Shown: positions 59,709 to 64,000 of the stretch, piece by piece
How the letters are laid out: every line of letters starts with the position of its first letter
Numbering within the stretch: position 1 is the stretch's first letter
From: Nitrosotalea sp.
GTDB lineage: Archaea; Thermoproteota; Nitrososphaeria; Nitrososphaerales; Nitrosopumilaceae
DNA: 64,000 nucleotides
Assembly: GCA_036278495.1 (NCBI GenBank)
Contig: DASUKX010000013.1
Coordinates: 3,955 to 67,954 of the forward strand
Reading direction: 5' to 3'
The notes under the pieces: generated by a model
What the model saw: the letters and a program-made list of their open reading frames with translations, nothing else
What the model was told of the DNA's origin: nothing
The model's database searches: none
Program-made: the position numbers and the translations under genes

Positions 59709-60863
59709 TTGGAATTAACAAAAGAAGAAGAGGATGCACTAAATGGAAAACAAGGTGAGACACTTGCACTTGCATATCGAACTCTTGTGGCAATTGGAGA
59801 AGCATCAGGTGCTGATAGATTAATTCCAATAGAATGGGCTCATCTGTCTGGAGTTAATTATAATACAATAGGTGATGCAGGAAAGGAATTTCTTTCACAT
59901 CTAAGTCACGATGCTACATTCAAAGTAAAAACAACAGTCAATCCAATGGGATTTGATTTTGATTCAGTTTCACGCTATAATCTGGATGACAATTTTATTG
60001 AGAGCCAACGCAGCATAAAAAATTCATATGAAAAGATGGGGGCGATCCCGTCATACTCTTGCATTCCATATGAAATCTTTGACATTCCAAAGCAGGGTAC
60101 TCATGTGTCCTTTGCAGAAAGCAATGCTGCAATATTTGCAAATTCATTTTCTGGACTCAAGACAAACAAAGAGGGCGCGTTTAGCGCGCTTGCAAGTGCA
60201 ATAACTGGCAAAAGTCCATGTTCTGATTTAAGAGATGATGATATCAGAAAGCCAAACCTGACAATTCGTATGAAAGTAGAGTCGCGTGATGAGTTGACAT
60301 ATGGAATGCTTGGATACTTTGCAGGAAAAGTTGCAGGCAGCTCAGTTGCCTTGTCTGGTGTAAATGATCTTGATAAGCGCAGCTGCAAGTCTTTGTGTGC
60401 AGGTATGGGAACTTCTGGAGCCTGTGGCATGTTTACATTTGGAGAGGAAGAAGGCGAAAAAATTGATTTTGATAAAAATGAGATGCAAAAAATTCATGAT
60501 GAACTCAATACTTCTGAGAGCGGAGATTTGATTACACTTGGTAGTCCTCAACTTGGTCTTGAAGAGATTGGCGACTTGGCTTCAATGCTAAAAGGAAGAT
60601 CATTTCAAAAACGCTGCATGATCTTCTGTCCTAGTGCAATCAAGGGACAGATACGAAATATGGGTTATGCAAATGAGATAGAACGAGCTGGGGGAGAGTT
60701 ATTGTTTGACTGTTGCACCTGTCTTTCCCCTCTTGTTGACAACAAGGAAGTAGATTCTGTTGTCACAAATAGTGTAAAGGGTGCATATTATTTGAAAACT
60801 TCTAATCAGGTTGATGTGAATTTGAAGAGTTTGAAAAGAATAGTGCAAGAGGAAACAAGATGA
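59709..60863 (+). CDS. Aconitase X catalytic subunit (phosphomevalonate dehydratase large subunit-like)
   Basis: AHLSGVNY, SCIPY, AESNA..FANS, TNS.K.A.Y; paired with DUF126 gene. Confidence 0.88.
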   Translation: MELTKEEEDALNGKQGETLALAYRTLVAIGEASGADRLIPIEWAHLSGVNYNTIGDAGKEFLSHLSHDATFKVKTTVNPMGFDFDSVSRYNLDDNFIESQRSIKNSYEKMGAIPSYSCIPYEIFDIPKQGTHVSFAESNAAIFANSFSGLKTNKEGAFSALASAITGKSPCSDLRDDDIRKPNLTIRMKVESRDELTYGMLGYFAGKVAGSSVALSGVNDLDKRSCKSLCAGMGTSGACGMFTFGEEEGEKIDFDKNEMQKIHDELNTSESGDLITLGSPQLGLEEIGDLASMLKGRSFQKRCMIFCPSAIKGQIRNMGYANEIERAGGELLFDCCTCLSPLVDNKEVDSVVTNSVKGAYYLKTSNQVDVNLKSLKRIVQEETR

Positions 60864-61243
60864 ATGTCAAAGTAATAGTGCGGGGAAAAGCACAAGGCTC
60901 TTTGCTTGTAGCTAAAAATCCGATAAACTTTCTTGGTGGAATTGACAAGAAAACAGGAATAGTGCATGATAAAAAACATGATCTTTATGGAAAATCAATA
61001 GGCGGTAAAATCCTTGCATTTCCTTTTGGGGTAGGCAGCAGTGTGGGGGCGTATACTCTGTACTCTTTAAAATATAATCACTGTGCGCCGCTGGCCATTA
61101 TCTGTCTAAAAGCTGATCTGACAACTGCATCTGGATGTGCAATATCAAACATTCCTCTGGTCATTGCAAGCAAGAGTGATTATGATATATTGCAAGAAGA
61201 TAAGGACATAACGCTTGATGCAGTTGAAGGTATCATTCTATAA
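60860..61243 (+). CDS. Aconitase X swivelling subunit (DUF126; PMDh small subunit-like)
   Basis: FLGGID..TG, GKIL.FP...GSSVG. Confidence 0.88.
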   Translation: MNVKVIVRGKAQGSLLVAKNPINFLGGIDKKTGIVHDKKHDLYGKSIGGKILAFPFGVGSSVGAYTLYSLKYNHCAPLAIICLKADLTTASGCAISNIPLVIASKSDYDILQEDKDITLDAVEGIIL

Positions 61244-61834
61244 TTCCAGTCTCTTGATTTTTCCATTTGGTTCTATCTCTTTGAATATGATTCCCTCAAA
61301 TTTTAGAATCTTTGTACTTTTTTGTTTCCAGTGATTCAAAGGGGCTCCTGCTTTTTCACATGTGTGATTGAGAAACTCTTCTTCATTCCATCCATATTCT
61401 ACGGGAACCTGGGGAAGAAGCAAGCCTGTCCCAAACTCCCATTTTAGGATTAGTCCGTCCCTGCCTATCTTTATCATTCTAAGATATTCTGATGGATCCT
61501 TGACTTTGATCTCAACAGGTGGAGTGAGAACAGTTACTTCAAACGTGATCTCATCCAATTCTTCAACCCTCACAGGCGGAAAACGTGGATCCTCTGTTGC
61601 AGATGCTATTGCAGCATCTACAAGAGACTGGTGCAGTATTCTGTCAGGAGTGGGGAATCCTATGCATCCCCTTAGGTTTTCTTTTTTGTTTAGCGTAACA
61701 AATACTCCGGATTTGAATGAAAACCTGGATTTGATCTCTTTTGGCAATTCTGTTTTTTCACCTTTGAGATATTCTGTAACAACTTGGCGTGCAGTCTTCA
61801 CCAATACCTGACCATCATCATCTGATAAAATCAA
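61238..61834 (-). CDS. AMMECR1-domain protein
   Basis: GVFVTL, LRGCIG, DPRF, GLLLPQV. Confidence 0.94.
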   Translation of the reverse strand: MILSDDDGQVLVKTARQVVTEYLKGEKTELPKEIKSRFSFKSGVFVTLNKKENLRGCIGFPTPDRILHQSLVDAAIASATEDPRFPPVRVEELDEITFEVTVLTPPVEIKVKDPSEYLRMIKIGRDGLILKWEFGTGLLLPQVPVEYGWNEEEFLNHTCEKAGAPLNHWKQKSTKILKFEGIIFKEIEPNGKIKRLEL

Positions 61835-62319
61835 TTCATCATGTCATTTAGATTGGTTGCAAATTCTTGAAGTTTTTCAAAGTGGGTACCTTCCCAGTAA
61901 ATTTTTTTACAAGAATCACACATCCAAAACTTTTTCTCTCGTTCTAGTATCCCCTCTGGAATTTTTCCTATGATCCTATACTTTTCAACTGGCTGCAAGA
62001 TTCCATTGCAAAAGATGCATCGAGAATTATTTGTATCTACAACAAACCTATCCAGCTTGATTCTTGCATTTATCTGCATAATCTGTTCGGATTCATCGCT
62101 TCCCCTGATTAGAACAAAACCGATCTCCTGTTTTGCTGCCTTTTTTGTAAGTTGTTCATCCTTTGTCAAAATTATCCGTTTTTCATTTTTTGCTATCAAA
62201 ATTAGTTTGTCATCCTCAATTGAGGAAAAGTATTTTGAATCATATCCAAGAATCCTTAATTTCTTTGCTAAATTACCCAACATTGCATCTACTACAAAAA
62301 TCGGTTTGTTTGTGCTCAA
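61831..62319 (-). CDS. Mut7-C RNase (PIN-fold) domain protein
   Basis: DAMLG.LA..LR.LG.D, LTKD, RC..CN, C..C.KIYW.GTH. Confidence 0.92.
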   Translation of the reverse strand: MSTNKPIFVVDAMLGNLAKKLRILGYDSKYFSSIEDDKLILIAKNEKRIILTKDEQLTKKAAKQEIGFVLIRGSDESEQIMQINARIKLDRFVVDTNNSRCIFCNGILQPVEKYRIIGKIPEGILEREKKFWMCDSCKKIYWEGTHFEKLQEFATNLNDMMN

Positions 62320-64000
62320 TCGTATGCCTCTCCATGACCTGATTCCACTATGTGGCTATCCCCTGCAGGAAGCATCCTGATAAAATCGTCAAGGGAAATT
62401 GCTTTGACTATTTCTTCCTTCTCTTTGAATTTCATGAATTCTAATTTTACTTTTCTTGCCATCTCTGTCATGTCAATTCCAGATGGTTCTATTGTTACAT
62501 AATAGATGCAGCGTTTTTTAATTGGTGCTGGCGGCCCGCACATCAAGAGATAACTCTCATCTTTTTCATACAGACCGATTGTCAGCTGTAATGCGGTTAC
62601 CTGCACAAAATTTCTAGAACCTTCTATTACAAACGATCCTTTTGCAATAAACTGTCCGCTTGGAGCGGCGGTCTTGACCTGATCCGGTTTTATCCAATAT
62701 GCGTTTAATCCGTATACTCCTGCTCTCCATGCCCTGCTGAAACATACCGTTGCTTGTGCTACCTCCTTTGCACTGGAAAGATCTTCTTCTGTACTCTCTC
62801 GTAAAAGAAAAAATGGTGATCCTACTATTTCTGCATGGAACACCATGTCATTTTTGTTAAGATGTTTTCTTATTACGGCTGAATTTGAGGAGGCATCACG
62901 TCCTCCTATTGCTAGATGACCGTCAGAAGTGATAAACCACCTATATCTTTCAAACCATTCCTTCTTTTTCTGGACTGCAAATACTATAGAATCCTGTGCA
63001 ATGCTTGCTTGTTTTTTGACAAGTTCCAAACTCTTTTCCGTTTTTTTCTTTTCCAGATTGATTGTGTCAGTAGCCCTCATCTGTTTTTTTGATTCGTTAA
63101 ACAACGTTGAGGCAATTGCCTGCATTGATGACTGGGGGTCAAGCTTTATTTTTTCTCCATTGACATTTATCAGAAAGATGCCGCTCTCTCTTGCAGTGTG
63201 TGAGTTGTACTTGTTCAATAATGGATTTATGGCTGGGTCTTCAATAGATGTAATACCAGTGTATGATATTTCCAGAAGGGCTTTTGCTACGCCAGAAATA
63301 GAACTTGATCTCTCCTTGACAAGCAAGATTGCTTTGTTTTGTTCCTCAAGTTTGTGCTCAAGCTCGGTGATCTTCTGATTTGCAGTGGTAGACTGGGATG
63401 ACTTGCCATGCTCTAGGAGATTCTCTGAAAAAAGTGAATCAAGTCCTTCCATGAAACTAGATACCTTTACTGTATTGGTTCTTGTACTCATGTCCCCAAG
63501 AGATATGGGAATGACATCTGAATTTTTTACATCGCGTATTATGTATGCGTCATGGTTTCCTGTAATTATTTTGTCAATTAGTCCCTTTGTTGACTGGAAA
63601 ACATCCTCAATTTCTTTGTCGGATAATGTATTTCCCAACTTGTTCGGATCCAAGTTGCTTGTCCTGATGATCTCTTCTGCATATTTTCCTGGCAACCCAA
63701 GTGTTCTTCCTATCCATCTTACAACTGGGGTGGAACTTGTTTTGATCTCTTCGATATTTTCTTTTGTTACATCAAAGATGTTTAATCCGGAAGAGGGAGG
63801 TGGAATGTAATTCAGGCCAACTGCAAGCTTTCTATGTCTTACATCAATTGAATGCAAGAGGGAGAGAATCTTCATTTCTTTGTTGCATAATATGATGTTG
63901 CCATCTCCGAAAAACTCTCCAACCAAGATAAATTCTTGGTCAAATCCTGAAAATGTTACATAAACAATCCGTTCGCTTCCAAGCTGCTTGATCTCTGTTA
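62316..64000 (-). CDS. rqcH: RqcH/NEMF (NFACT) ribosome quality-control factor, 5'-truncated by window
   Basis: ER, E.FGDGN.IL, WFERYRWF, GGRDA..N, FHA...GSP, KGSF.I.G. Confidence 0.93.
   Translation of the reverse strand, partial: TEIKQLGSERIVYVTFSGFDQEFILVGEFFGDGNIILCNKEMKILSLLHSIDVRHRKLAVGLNYIPPPSSGLNIFDVTKENIEEIKTSSTPVVRWIGRTLGLPGKYAEEIIRTSNLDPNKLGNTLSDKEIEDVFQSTKGLIDKIITGNHDAYIIRDVKNSDVIPISLGDMSTRTNTVKVSSFMEGLDSLFSENLLEHGKSSQSTTANQKITELEHKLEEQNKAILLVKERSSSISGVAKALLEISYTGITSIEDPAINPLLNKYNSHTARESGIFLINVNGEKIKLDPQSSMQAIASTLFNESKKQMRATDTINLEKKKTEKSLELVKKQASIAQDSIVFAVQKKKEWFERYRWFITSDGHLAIGGRDASSNSAVIRKHLNKNDMVFHAEIVGSPFFLLRESTEEDLSSAKEVAQATVCFSRAWRAGVYGLNAYWIKPDQVKTAAPSGQFIAKGSFVIEGSRNFVQVTALQLTIGLYEKDESYLLMCGPPAPIKKRCIYYVTIEPSGIDMTEMARKVKLEFMKFKEKEEIVKAISLDDFIRMLPAGDSHIVESGHGEAYD

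Noticed and set aside
437-63810. Numerous 60-260 aa antisense or alternate-frame ORFs in the track (e.g. 48782-49573, 27732-28250, 35829-36287, 10559-10990)
   Set aside because: They shadow well-supported genes on the other strand or frame and show no family motifs

Overview
Core chromosomal segment of an AT-rich ammonia-oxidiser-type archaeon (Nitrososphaerota/Thaumarchaeota, inferred from the gene set and protein style; the genus cannot be fixed from sequence alone). The left end holds the replication locus: PolD DP1 3' end, cdc6/orc1, an ORB-bearing origin, a cluster of small DNA-binding genes, GGGP synthase and PolD DP2. The rest is mostly housekeeping: glyA, thermosome, glnA, GINS, tRNA-Pro(GGG), cca, rnz, prs, TFB, an ESCRT-III/CdvB paralogue, queE-folE-queC, thrB, APS reductase-sat, nth, AcnX/PMDh subunits and RqcH/NEMF, with accessory patches near 14-16.6 kb, 29-34 kb and 36-45.5 kb. 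No transposase, integrase or CRISPR array was seen. The most striking unexplained signal is two dispersed intergenic elements (25.5 kb minus strand, 34.0 kb plus strand) with the same architecture: TATA-like box, 22 nt, leaderless 9-codon ORF M(R/Q)KD....., 4 nt, then an 87-88 nt three-way-junction RNA ending CACGCCATTA. Also notable are short-motif arrays around the origin (TGTTAA inside oriC; ATCAC embedded in neighbouring genes, one of which encodes a membrane-anchored wHTH protein), further structured intergenic RNAs at 37.7 and 53.8 kb, and two micro-ORFs missing from the ORF track (AbrB-like and C2H2 zinc finger).
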